Source: the human T2T-CHM13v2.0 reference genome, Homo sapiens. Taken from it: DNA of 64,000 nt. The position numbers were made by a program, and so were the translations under genes. Location of the stretch: the NCBI RefSeq assembly GCF_009914755.1, contig NC_060929.1; one strand, written 5' to 3'. Shown piece after piece: positions 43,235 to 57,528 of this stretch; the first letter of the stretch is position 1; each line of letters opens with the position of its first letter. Below the pieces are notes generated by a model. That model was not told the origin of the DNA and ran no database searches. It saw nothing but the letters and a program-made list of their open reading frames with translations.

Positions 43235-43450
43235 TTACAGAAGATTGTAATATTATTTCTGTTCCCCAAGGTCCTAAGAGATATTTTCATAAAAATGAAT
43301 GGTAAGCTTCAGAGAACATTTAAAATTATTCAAAATAATCTCTTACACTCTTCTAAATGCTTCATTATCTTGGGGAGGGAAATATTATGAGTGTCATCTC
43401 TGCAGATTTAGCAGAAATAAAATCCTCTGTGTGATAGTTTCACAAAACGA

Positions 43451-43490
43451 TGCAGTATTAAGTTAGGACTCTAAGCGTCGCTGTTGACCA
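43451..43490 (+). promoter_or_regulatory. PCDHGA6 promoter CSE / CTCF site
   Basis: TGCAGtattaagttaggactctaagcgtCGCTgttgacca; CGCT at 43479. Confidence 0.9.
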
Positions 43491-43711
43491 ACCTGGGCAA
43501 GAAAATCAACGGAAACTCAAGTTACATCCTCCAACAACAAAGCAAATTAGACGGGAAAGCAGGAAAGCTGTGCAGAAATTCTGACCTGAAACGCTTCGCA
43601 TCCGGTCTCTGCTTGTTGAAGGACCTTCACCGCTATTTCTGAGAAGAGCAAAAGTGATGCAGATCTGTTCTTCCTCTTCTTAATCCCAGAGAAGTTCCTA
43701 ATAAGCCAGTA

Positions 43712-46135
43712 ATGGCGCCTCCGCAGAGGCATCCGCAGCGCAGCGAGCAGGTCCTGCTCCTCACGCTCCTGGGGACGCTGTGGGGGGCCGCGGCAGCGCA
43801 GATCCGCTACTCTATTCCCGAGGAGCTGGAGAAAGGCTCCTTCGTAGGCAACATCGTCAAGGATCTGGGACTGGAGCCCCAGGAGTTGGCGGAGCACGGA
43901 GTCCGCATCGTCTCCAGAGGTAGGATGCAGCTTTTCTCTCTGAATCCGCGAAACGGCAGCTTGGTCACCGCGGGTAGGATAGACCGCGAGGAGCTCTGTG
44001 CTCAGAGCCCGCGGTGTCTGGTGAGTTTTAACATCCTTGTCGAGGATAAACTGAATCTTTATCCCGTGGAAGTGGAAATAGTGGACATTAATGACAATAC
44101 ACCCCGATTCTTAAAGGAAGAATTGGAAGTGAAAATTCTCGAAAACGCAGCTCCATCCTCTCGTTTTCCACTAATGGAGGTCTATGACCCTGATGTGGGA
44201 ATGAACTCCCTTCAGGGATTTAAGCTCAGTGGTAATAGTCACTTCTCAGTGGACGTGCAAAGCGAAGCCCATGGGCCCAAGTACCCGGAGCTGGTGCTGG
44301 AGGGCACACTGGACCGGGAAGGAGAAGCCGTTTACCGCCTGGTCCTTACTGCCATGGATGGCGGCGACCCTGTCCGCTCAAGCGTCGCCCAAATTCTGGT
44401 AACAGTTCTAGATGTGAATGACAACACTCCAATGTTTACTCAGCCTGTCTACCGTGTAAGTGTTCCTGAAAACCTGCCAGTAGGCACACCAGTGTTGGCA
44501 GTGACTGCCACCGACCAGGATGAAGGAGTCCACGGGGAAGTAACTTATTCCTTTGTGAAGATTACAGAAAAGATCTCACAAATTTTCTGTTTGAATGTTT
44601 TGACTGGAGAAATTTCAACTTCTGCAAATCTAGACTATGAGGACTCGAGTTTTTATGAGCTGGGTGTTGAAGCCCGGGATGGGCCAGGTCTTCGAGACAG
44701 AGCGAAAGTCTTAATAACTATCTTGGATGTCAATGATAATGTACCAGAAGTGGTTGTTACATCTGGAAGCAGAACAATTGCTGAAAGTGCACCTCCAGGA
44801 ACAGTAATCGCCCTTTTTCAAGTGTTCGATCGAGACTCTGGCCTGAATGGCCTGGTAACCTGTTCCATCCCGAGAAGTCTCCCATTTGAATTGGAAAAAT
44901 CAGTTGGCAATTATTATCGATTAGTGACAAATGCAGCTCTAGACCGGGAAGAGGTATTCTTGTACAACATCACTGTGACAGCCACGGACAAAGGAACACC
45001 ACCTCTGTCTACAGAAACAATCATCTCTCTAAATGTGGCAGACACCAACGACAACCCGCCCACCTTCCCCCATTCATCCTACTCAGTCTATGTCCTTGAA
45101 AACAACCCCAGGGGTGCCTCCATCTTCTCTGTGAATGCACTGGACCCTGACGTGGACCAGAACGCCCAAGTCTCCTACTCACTGGCAGAAGACACCCTCC
45201 AGGGGGCGCCCCTGTCCTCCTACGTGTCCATCAACTCCGACACTGGGATTCTGTACGCCCTGCGCTCCTTCGACTATGAGCAGTTGAGAGACCTACAGCT
45301 GTGGGTGACAGCCAGCGACAGCGGGGACCCGCCTCTTAGCAGCAACGTGTCACTGAGCCTGTTTGTGCTGGACCAGAATGACAATGCGCCCGAGATCCTG
45401 TACCCCGCCCTCCCCACAGACGGTTCCACTGGCGTGGAGCTGGCGCCTCGCTCCGCAGAGCCCGGCTACCTGGTGACCAAGGTGGTGGCGGTGGACAGAG
45501 ACTCGGGCCAGAACGCCTGGCTGTCCTACCGCCTGCTCAAGGCCAGCGAGCCAGGACTTTTCTCAGTGGGCCTGCACACGGGCGAGGTGCGCACGGCGCG
45601 CGCCCTGCTGGACAGAGACGCGCTCAAGCAGAGCCTAGTGGTGGCCGTCCAGGACCACGGCCAGCCCCCTCTCTCCGCCACTGTCACGCTCACCGTGGCC
45701 GTGGCCGACAGGATCCCCGACATCCTGGCCGACCTGGGCAGCCTCGAGCCCTCCGCCAAACCCAACGATTCGGACCTCACTCTGTACCTGGTGGTGGCGG
45801 TGGCCGCGGTCTCCTGCGTCTTCCTGGCCTTCGTCATCGTGCTGCTGGCGCTCAGACTGCAGCGCTGGCACAAGTCACGCCTGCTGCAGGCTTCGGGAGG
45901 TGGCTTAGCGAGCATGCCCGGCTCGCACTTTGTGGGCGTGGAAGGGGTTCGGGCTTTCCTGCAGACCTATTCCCACGAGGTCTCACTCACTGCAGACTCG
46001 CGTAAGAGTCATCTGATTTTCCCCCAGCCCAACTATGCCGACACGCTTATCAACCAGGAGAGCTATGAGAAAAGCGAGCCTCTTCTGATAACTCAGGATT
46101 TACTTGAAACGAAAGGAGAACCCAGGCAACTTCAG
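43712..46135 (+). CDS. PCDHGA6: Protocadherin gamma-A6 variable exon; donor CAG|GTGAGT; read-through stop 46168
   Basis: [18 protein letters not shown]-terminus, 6 EC repeats, TM, VCD. Confidence 0.95.
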
Positions 46136-46160
46136 GTGAGTTTCTTTCCGCCTAAGCGGG

Positions 46161-46298
46161 AAGAGTAATCTGATCTTCCCGCAACCCAACTAATCAGACA
46201 GGCTCATCAGCTAGATCGGCTGTTATAGAAGCGAACCTCTTTTGGTACAGGAAGATTCGTGATTTTGTAAAGTGGAAGACTCCCTTGTTCAGGTGAGG
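46161..46298 (+). pseudogene. Relic 3' end of a gamma-A variable exon with its own splice donor
   Basis: Translates [41 protein letters not shown]|gtgagg, co-linear (44 codons) with [16 protein letters not shown]...Q|gtgag. Confidence 0.85.
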
Positions 46299-46303
46299 GT
46301 ATC

Positions 46304-46624
<321 letters not shown>

Positions 46625-46962
46625 GAGGGTATCGTTTTTATTGGTTGACAGGAAAATTCAAGATTGTCTTTGATTAGTGCTTAGTTTTCTTAGCCCTTTG
46701 CAGAGAGTCACATAATTCTAATGTTTTTCTTTTATATCAAAAGAATGTTCTGAAGTCTTAATTTTGTGGGGGAAAATAATGCATGTCCTAGTTTTTCTTT
46801 ACCTTTCTCTTCTTGGCAAACTATTTGTGTCTTGGATTGAGTACATCTCGTTTCTTAGGTTTTTTCCTACTATGTGACATTTGTAAGGTTCTTTCTTTTT
46901 CTAATGTGGGAAAAAAAATAACCTTAATTTAGGTCAGTGTTAAAGATCAAGATCTTGGTTTT

Positions 46963-47257
46963 AGCTAGCATGGTGGTTCACGCCTGTAATCCCACCTCTT
47001 CAGGAGGCTGAGGCAGGAGGATCCCTTGAGACCAGGAGTTTGAGACCAGCCTGGGTGACTCTGTCTCTACCAAAAAGAAAAAAAAGTAGCCAGATGTGTG
47101 GCGTACGCCTGTAGTCCCAGCTACTCGAGAAGCTCTGATAGGAGGATTGCTTAAGTCCAGGGGTATGAGGCTGCAGTGAGATATAATTGTGTCACTGCAC
47201 CCTAGCCTGGGAGACAGAATGAGACTTTTTCTCTCTCTCTCTCAAAAAAAAAAAAAA
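46963..47257 (+). mobile_element. AluJ-like element
   Basis: Diverged dimer with poly(A); degenerate TSD aagat(c/t)ttg. Confidence 0.85.
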
Positions 47258-47881
47258 GATTTTGTTTTTTCTCAGTGTTACTTGATAACTATAAACGACA
47301 GACGTTCATACAAGAGATCTTTCACCTTTACTACTTAGGAATCAAAAATTATTTTTGAAAAGATAAGAATCATTGGTAACTGCAGCAGGGGACACCTGAT
47401 CTTTGGTGTTAAAAGACCTGAATAACATTCCTGTAACTATCTGTTATTTACTTGGGCCAGTTACAATCGCCATTATCTTCCAATTAAAATTAAGATTTAA
47501 AAGACTTCTCTTATCAGAGATAGGATCCCCCTCTGTTGCCCAGTCTGGAGTAAAAATCCACCTGTAACTGCTGCTTATAGAGTGTGTATCCAGGGCAACT
47601 TGAATCTATGTTCCTGGGTTGCAATCCTAAAGCTTGGCTCAAATAAGCTCTACTTATATTATTTTTTAAAACAAGACTTTCCTTATCTATCTGACTCAAA
47701 TTCTAAGAAAATAATTTTATAACTTTTTTTCAAACTCTAAAGCAGCATAGTGAACACGTATTTGTTGACATCACCATTATTATAATTATTGGGTTGTTAA
47801 CAATAACTAAGCACCGATGCTGTGTGCCTACTACAGTGTCTTTTGCATACTGTGTGCCTGATAGTATTTAAGAGTGAAAAT

Positions 47882-48286
<405 letters not shown>

Positions 48287-49456
48287 TTAATGAGGTTCAA
48301 ATAAAAATTTAAATATTTTAGCATTTTAACCCAGACAATAAGGCTTTCATCATATAGGAACTCTTTATTGAAATATTTCAAGAAAAAAGGGATTATCATT
48401 TAGAAGACTGATTAGTCTTATTTATTATGACTGAAATGTGCAAACAGAATCATTGTTTCATGAACAGAAAACAGCAGAGTTTTTGACTGTCAATGATGTT
48501 CGAATAGAAAATGGATCACTAAGGAGATAGGAGATTCTGTTATCGACAGTCTTCAAAAGTAAGTTGATGGCCCTGGAATGAATGGAGTACAGGGGATTCT
48601 CTAATTTGATGACTTGTTGAACTACATTATAGTCAAGATTTTTCTCCAGTCATGAGTTGGAAGATTCTACAATCTGGTGGTATTATAGAATGGATTGGCC
48701 ACTTGTGCATCTGAATTTGTTATGAATGTGTAAGAAAAAAGCAATTGAGAAGATACCTTGAAAATAAATGAGAACCTCCTTTGTAACCTGACTTTGTCAG
48801 TCTTCTTAAAGATAACATTGAGTTGATGTGTTTTTAAATAAGCTGCTAAGAGTAATATGTGTTTTTCTGAACCAATATTGTGGTATTTACATTTAAGGAA
48901 TTGTTATAGATTTATTTATTTCAAGTTTCCAAAGGTATATACCTAAACAAGAGATCTAATCATACACATCTTCAAAGCTCATTTTCTTGTATCTTTGTGA
49001 TATAATTTGATAAAATAACAATTTTAAACAACTTGAATCTTGGATATTAGTCTCATGAGTTAGATGGGCTGTTATACATATGATTATTTCATAAACTCTG
49101 AAAGTGTGAATGTTATTTTACTATACTACCAATTTGGGATGTTAAACTACATCTTGAGCATTTGTTGTTATAGGGAAAGCTCACTAACTACTTTTCATGG
49201 AGATCAGGCTGGTTTATTTTATTCTCTTATTACCTGTGACCATTTCATTTAAACAAATAAAATATTTCTCTGATGGAAAAACTACCAACTTCTACTCTCA
49301 CAAAAGTCATTCACTCATGTGGACTGACCAACTGTTAAACATCCTGGCAGTCATGGAATTTGCTAAGTTATGGCTAAATGAGGTTCTTTAATCCACCTGC
49401 AATACAGATCATTAATAATAAGATAGGCTATCTGAGGTTTTGAGAGTTCAGTATAG

Positions 49457-49842
<386 letters not shown>

Positions 49843-51409
49843 TGAAAGGCATTCATTTCTGATCAGGCTTCTGTTGAGGTGGCAATTGTCAAAGGGGAAG
49901 GAGTAAAATCTCAGAGGAGAAACATTGGAAGATACCTATATCTTTGCTTGAGAATGAAAATCTAAATGGAACTTCAAAGAACTGTTTTGTTGTTTGTTTT
50001 TTAGAAAAAAAAGTCCCAAAAAAGAAAAGAGAGAAGATAATCAATTCGATGCCCAGGAAGCCAAATAGACTTTACATAGAATTCTTTTTAATGCAACCAA
50101 ACAAATGGTCAGGATTCTTCCCAATATCTCAGTCAACAATAATATACACTCTTTAAACTATGAAATGATTTCAATTTGATACAATGAGCTTATGTTAGAT
50201 TTTATTAAACATATCTTGGCGGTCTAGTAAAGATCTTTAATATTTAATTTTATGATGTTCGATAACTTAGAAAATGTGAATGCTAGAGACAATGAAGCCA
50301 TTTACTCCATAGGGTATGTATGCTTTGTGTTCGGAGTAGTCTATAATTTAATTTAACTAGCTCTTATTTCCTTTTCTCCAAAGAAGGTACCAAGACACTA
50401 TAAATTAATTGAGACTTTTTTAAAACAGTAGAATAAGAAACAAATGTGAGATGAAACTATGAATTTTGAGGCATCAGGTAAAAATGGATCAAGACATTGA
50501 GAGCTATAACCTCCAAACATGAAAGTTTGTTTGAAAATATCTACAAGTGCTTACATTGTTTAATAATCATACACTTTGCTTGCCTCAACAAGAAGTTCAA
50601 AAGTACTATTAAACAAATAGAATTTAACTCCAGTTTACAGAATTCATCTATAATACCTCTATTAGTTCCTTTAAACAAAATTTATCTACTTTGTGAATGC
50701 AAAGATAACTATGGATTATTTTGATAGATCAAAACAGAATGTCCTTCAAAGTGTTCCCTGTATTCTGGAGCAATGCCACCAGAAAGCAGAAATAGGTTAC
50801 TTAGGAGCCTCCCACAAAACGAAGTTAAGCTTTCTTAGTGTTAGTTCTGGATTCTCCTCCTGGTTCCACCAACTACTCTCCAGGACCTAGAAGAATTTAC
50901 AAACCAAGACTGTTTCTTGCCAGGTCTTTATTCCAGAGCAGGTCATTCTCTTTTATTCTGCAACTATGTGAAAGGAGCTTTCTTTTCTTTCTGCTAGCAG
51001 AGGGTAGCCTCGGATCCATCAATAATTTAGTTTTACTCTATCAACATCAGTGGAGAGACGAGTACCTCTAAGGATCCTGTCAGGACAGTCCTGCATTTTG
51101 CTCAAATGCTGTCTAGAGATCCCTGTTTTCTCAATTACACTAGAATAGAGTAGGATGAAGATTTGAATTGCATACTAGGATGAAGACTTGAATTGAATTG
51201 CATAATGAAAAGAATCAGCCAATCCATTATCCAGTTTCTTATGAATTCACAGCCCAGTAGGATCTCTGCAGATTTCTGCCTTCTGTAGAAAATGGGTTGC
51301 TTCTATAGCTGATTGCTGCAGCCAAGACAAACAACGATTTCTTTCTTTTTTTCTCACAAGACTGGGAGTGAGAATATTTGGATTCCGACATTGTTCTACT
51401 ACTATATAA

Positions 51410-51770
<361 letters not shown>

Positions 51771-52278
51771 CCCCCTCTCATTTTTTAAACGGTTAAAATG
51801 AAGGTGTTAGACCGTCTCTAAGGTTCTATACAATCAAAAATTTATTAAAATAGGTCTATATATTTTACAACAATTTTGACTTTCTGAATCTTGCATCATG
51901 GTGTCTAGAACATATGTGTTCAATTAATACTGAATTAATTAAAATTTATATACACTGATGTAAATATTTTCTAAGTAAAATCTTTCATATGTATTTAAAT
52001 AAAATTTACCTTTTTGCCTTCAATAACTGATTTTCCCATGTGCAATAACGTGTGAGTCAGTGCCCAAAAGAGTCACTTGAAAGTTGCAAGGCAAAGCAGT
52101 TTTTTAAAAATTATCTAAGATTATCAAACACCGGTCCATGAACACTGTTGCATTAATTCAGTGTCTTAAAATGGATTTTTAATTATCAGGGATATCTAGA
52201 GCAAAGAAATCTAACAGGGAAATTTTGAAAGATGAAACAATTTTCTATGAAATCAGTGTATTGTGTGCATCAATGTGG

Positions 52279-52319
52279 TGCAGTAACTTAGTAAGGACTC
52301 ACAGCGCCGCTGTTCACCA
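52279..52319 (+). promoter_or_regulatory. PCDHGA7 promoter CSE / CTCF site
   Basis: TGCAGtaacttagtaaggactcacagcgcCGCTgttcacca; CGCT at 52308. Confidence 0.9.
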
Positions 52320-52542
52320 ACCAGGGAAAAATGGTGCGAGAGATCCCACAGAAACCACCGAGTTTTACAGCACAGAGAAACGACAGATTGCGATAAGCCC
52401 TCTTCCAGGCTGCACTAAACTCAAGCCTCTATCCTGCTGGATTCTGAGCTCCCCTTCCTAAGACAGAGGGGTCCACCCGGATACACCCGCATTCTGAAGC
52501 ACTTCCCGAGATCGGCGCCTAAGCAAGAGAAGCAGGACGACT

Positions 52543-54966
52543 ATGGCGGCTCAGCCGAGGGGCGGGGACTACAGAGGATTCTTCCTGCTCTCCATCCTCC
52601 TGGGGACCCCCTGGGAAGCCTGGGCAGGACGTATTCTCTACTCCGTGTCGGAGGAGACGGACAAAGGGTCCTTTGTGGGAGACATCGCCAAGGACCTGGG
52701 GCTGGAGCCCCGGGAGCTGGCGGAGCGCGGAGTCCGCATCATCTCCAGAGGTAGGACGCAGCTTTTCGCCCTGAACCAGCGCAGCGGCAGCTTGGTCACT
52801 GCGGGCAGGATAGACCGGGAAGAGATCTGCGCTCAGAGTGCGCGGTGTCTGGTAAACTTTAACATCCTGATGGAAGATAAAATGAATCTTTACCCTATAG
52901 ACGTGGAAATAATAGATATTAATGACAACGTTCCAAGATTCTTGACGGAAGAAATAAATGTAAAAATAATGGAGAATACAGCTCCTGGGGTTCGGTTTCC
53001 GTTAAGCGAGGCTGGGGATCCAGATGTGGGCACGAACTCCCTCCAGAGTTACCAGCTCAGCCCCAATCGCCACTTCTCCCTGGCTGTGCAAAGTGGAGAC
53101 GATGGAACTAAGTACCCGGAACTGGTGCTGGAGCGGGTGCTGGACCGGGAGGAAGAGCGGGTTCACCACCTGGTCCTCACAGCCTCTGATGGCGGCGACC
53201 CGCCCCGATCCAGCACCGCCCACATCCAGGTGACAGTGGTGGATGTGAATGACCACACGCCTGTCTTCTCTCTGCCTCAGTACCAAGTAACTGTCCCCGA
53301 GAATGTGCCAGTGGGTACAAGACTGCTCACGGTACATGCTATCGACCTGGACGAGGGAGTCAATGGGGAAGTGACATATTCTTTTCGGAAAATAACTCCT
53401 AAACTTCCAAAGATGTTTCATCTGAACTCGCTTACAGGAGAAATATCAACTTTAGAAGGATTAGATTATGAAGAAACTGCCTTCTATGAAATGGAGGTTC
53501 AGGCTCAAGATGGTCCTGGTAGTCTGACAAAGGCAAAAGTACTGATCACAGTTTTAGATGTAAATGATAATGCTCCAGAAGTGACTATGACGTCTTTAAG
53601 TAGCTCAATCCCTGAAGACACACCTCTTGGGACAGTCATTGCTCTTTTCTACCTACAAGACAGAGATTCTGGAAAGAATGGTGAGGTGACCTGCACCATT
53701 CCAGAAAACCTACCTTTTAAATTAGAAAAATCAATAGATAATTATTATAGATTGGTCACAACCAAAAACTTGGACCGGGAAACACTCTCTTTGTATAACA
53801 TCACACTGAAAGCCACAGATGGTGGAACTCCTCCCTTGTCCAGGGAAACTCACATATTCATGCAGGTGGCAGACACCAACGATAACCCACCCACCTTCCC
53901 CCACTCATCCTACTCAGTCTACATCGCTGAGAACAACCCCAGAGGGGCCTCCATTTTCTTAGTGACTGCACAGGACCACGACAGTGAGGATAATGCCCAG
54001 ATCACTTATTCCTTGGCCGAAGACACCATCCAGGGGGCTCCAGTGTCCTCCTATGTCTCCATAAACTCTGACACTGGAGTCCTGTACGCGCTGCAATCCT
54101 TTGATTATGAGCAGTTGAGAGAACTACAACTAAGAGTGACTGCACATGACAGCGGGGACCCGCCTCTCAGCAGCAACATGTCACTGAGCCTGTTCGTGCT
54201 GGACCAGAATGACAACCCGCCCGAGATCCTGTACCCGGCCCTCCCCACAGATGGTTCTACTGGCATGGAGCTGGCACCCCGCTCCGCAGAGCCCGGCTAC
54301 CTGGTGACCAAGGTGGTGGCGGTGGACAAAGATTCAGGCCAGAACGCCTGGCTGTCATACCTCCTGCTTAAGGCCAGCGAGCCAGGACTCTTTGCGGTTG
54401 GGCTGTACACGGGCGAGGTGCGCACGGCTCGGGCCCTGCTGGACAGAGATGCCCTCAAGCAGAGCCTCGTGGTGGCCGTCCAGGACCACGGTCAGCCTCC
54501 TCTGTCAGCCACCGTCACACTCACCGTGGCTGTGGCTGACAGCATCCCCGAAGTCTTGGCCGACCTGGGCAGCCTTGAGCCCTCCGACGGTCCTTACAAC
54601 TATGACCTCACGTTGTACCTGGTGGTGGCGGTGGCCACAGTCTCCTGCGTCTTCCTAGCCTTCGTCCTCGTACTGCTGGCGCTCAGGCTGCGGCGCTGGC
54701 ACAAGTCACGCCTGCTGCAGGCTTCAGAAGGTGGCTTGGCGAACGTGCCCACCTCGCACTTTGTGGGCATGGACGGGGTGCAGGCTTTCCTGCAGACCTA
54801 TTCCCATGAGGTCTCCCTCACCGCGGACTCTCGGAAGAGTCACCTGATCTTCCCCCAGCCCAACTATGTAGACATGCTCATCAGCCAGGAGAGCTGTGAG
54901 AAAAATGATTCTTTGCTAACATCCGTAGATTTTCAGGAATGTAAAGAAAACCTGCCAAGTATTCAG
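52543..54966 (+). CDS. PCDHGA7: Protocadherin gamma-A7 variable exon; donor CAG|GTGAGC; read-through stop 54996
   Basis: [17 protein letters not shown]-terminus, 6 EC repeats, TM, VCD. Confidence 0.95.
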
Positions 54967-56038
54967 GTGAGCCCAGCCCTTCCTTTATTTCCATGAGGAA
55001 TTTATTTGCATGATATTTCTCTATTATTTTGCAAAACAAATGTTTTGAAAATAGGGATTTAAAAAACTTTATAGAGGTAAAAATGAGTTTACCAGTTTCC
55101 TTCAGTGGTGACACTTTAATATAGAACACATAGGATATAGTATTTCTTTAGTGAAAGCCTATGGACAAGATTATGAATATGTGGACTATCACATTTTATA
55201 ATTTCCACCTACTTTCCAATCTATGTTCCAACCTACTTTCTTAACTCATATATTTTATACATTGGAATGAATCGAGTCTTTCATATTGCACAAGGTTAGC
55301 AGGAATAAAACACACCTCAGCTGTCTTCTCAGGATTCTCTTTAGCATTCAAATATGTAAAAGGTTCTGAAAGATTTCTTCCATGTGAAGATTTTTTTCTG
55401 TGGCTGATTCTGCCTCCATGTACCTCAGCTTGGTGGTCCTAAAAAATCTTGATTGCTTCTTGACCTATTTACAGTATAATCATTTATTAATGGGGTGGTA
55501 GTAGAAGGTTGGATTTATGCCTAAAGAATGAAATGTGTGTGTATCACACTTCACTAAGATCTATATCAAAGACAGACATCAAGTCTAATGCCACACTAAA
55601 GGCCATCGGACAAAACCAATAAAATATGTCAAATAAAATGTCATTTTAAGTGTTGTAATTGGCATTTGTGACATAGGCAATTACATGTTTTAACAGAGAA
55701 TTCCAGTATGTTGTTTTAGTGGTACAGCCAGATGAAGTGTGTCTGTGGGCTATCAAAGTGGGAGATTGGGGATACTGGCTTTGTTTCAACTGTCTCACGT
55801 ACTCAAACCTTAGACCATCTTATGTACACAGATCCTAGACCAGTAGTTGATTTTATTTATTAGGTCTACTGAAAAATTCAGTTGGAAATAACCCAATCTG
55901 GGATTAACTACTTCCATATTCTTTTGTATAACATTTTAGTAAAGCTCAGTATATCAAGTGATTGTCATCCAGAAGGGGTGGATGACAAGGTAATCTTGAT
56001 TCCAGAGACCTTTGAGTATTAATTAAAAACACACTTTT

Positions 56039-56162
56039 AGCCAGGTATGGTGTTGCAAGCTGTAGCCCACCTGCATGGGAGGCTGAGGCAAGAGGACAGC
56101 TTGAACCCAAGAATTGGAGGCCCACCTAGATAATATAACAAGACTCTGTCTCTTCAAAAAAA
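56039..56162 (+). mobile_element. FLAM monomer
   Basis: agccaggtatggtg...gggaggctgaggcaagaggacagcttgaaccc...agactctgtctc. Confidence 0.75.
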
Positions 56163-56243
56163 GACTTCTTTTTAGACTAGTGTTGTATTTGGTAGTATTT
56201 TGCACATGATAGACTCTGTACAATAGTGTGGGGGATACATTTT

Positions 56244-56281
56244 TTTTTTTTGACATGGAGTCTCGCTCTGTCACCCAGGCT
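56244..56281 (-). mobile_element. Extremely 5'-truncated Alu (about 30 bp plus tail) with TSD GGATACATTTT
   Basis: ggatacatttt-(T)n-gacatggagtctcgctctgtcacccaggct-ggatacatttt. Confidence 0.85.
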
Positions 56282-57247
56282 GGATACATTTTACAAGTTC
56301 TGCAGTGTTCACATTTCAGATGTACAATCACTTGGGGTAGAAGACAATGTTGCTGACACCAACAATGTTACTGAGGGAAGATCCTATGGCAGAACTACGG
56401 TTATAAGGTATTTTGTAAAAGAAAATCTCCTGACCAAAATTTATTAGATGCATAAAATTGTTTTTAAGCAATGGAGAGACATAATCACTAAACTCAGTGA
56501 GCTATTGCAATCAAACTTTCCAGGGATTGTTTCCTTCAATTCAGAGGTCACCAAGGAATGTAAAATAAGTGCAGAGGTAGGAAGCAGTGCTTCAGTGCAG
56601 CAGATCTCAGTGACTTTGTGTTTTGAGGCTATGTATTATCCCCCTGATAACTTTGAAGATGAATGTTGTATTTCATAACCAGTAAAATAATTGTGTAATG
56701 AGGAGAGGAGTAGGCTACTGCCTGTGATCATCGAAATGAGAATCACATAATATTCCTGTAATGAAATCACTGAAACTATTGGGAAGGGGGTGTATTTGAA
56801 GATAAGTATAAATTGCACCTTCTAAAAGGCAATTTTGGTATTACTGATACTCTCCGGAAAAAGTTGAAATAAATCAACTTGGAGGTACTTAGAAAAGTGG
56901 AGAAAATGTTAGGAACAATGAAAGAAAGATAAAATGTATCCAGTATATTTCTAATGAGTAAGTATGGAAAATTACTGTACTCTGAGACGGTTTAGGCCAA
57001 GTCTGTGTTATGGCTATCTTTATATAGATAGTGCATGTTTGAAGATTGGGGAAAGCTTATGTCAATAAATGTTTATGTACTTAATCTACATGATTTGCCT
57101 AAAAATCTTCAAAGTTGGGATGAAGGCATTCCTAAGAGTACATTTTTAGACGTCATTAAATATACAGACGTATCCACGTAGTTTTTGTTCTTTCAGTTAG
57201 GCACACAATTATAATTATTGCACTGGTTAACTTGAAGCAGCAGAGGC

Positions 57248-57288
57248 TGTAGTTTCCTAGTGCTGACTCTGGGCGCCGCTGTTGGCCA
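57248..57288 (+). promoter_or_regulatory. PCDHGB4 promoter CSE / CTCF site (upstream module TGTAG)
   Basis: TGTAGtttcctagtgctgactctgggcgcCGCTgttggcca; CGCT at 57277. Confidence 0.88.
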
Positions 57289-57528
57289 AAGTGGAGAGCT
57301 TGGCGCTCCAGATCTCCTCGCGCAGCCGCAGCGCGCTTTCCAGGGCAGCCCCAGCTCAGACTCCCCAGCGCCAGCCTTTACACCGCTTCCTCCTCGGAAA
57401 AAGAAGAATTTTTTCTTGAACTGGAACTGCAACTAAAGTCCGTTCGGAGATCCAAAAATCTGCAATACAGAGGTTATTTGTAACCCGGCGTCTCCAGGCT
57501 GGTGAGCAAGCTGAGGAGAGCAAGAGGG

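Noticed and set aside
47510-47660. Possible Alu/LTR fragment junction
   Set aside because: Too short and degenerate to assign without a repeat library
51151-51204. Imperfect 25-bp tandem duplication taggatgaag...gcata (similar small repeat at 62001-62032)
   Set aside because: Ordinary slippage duplication with no functional cue
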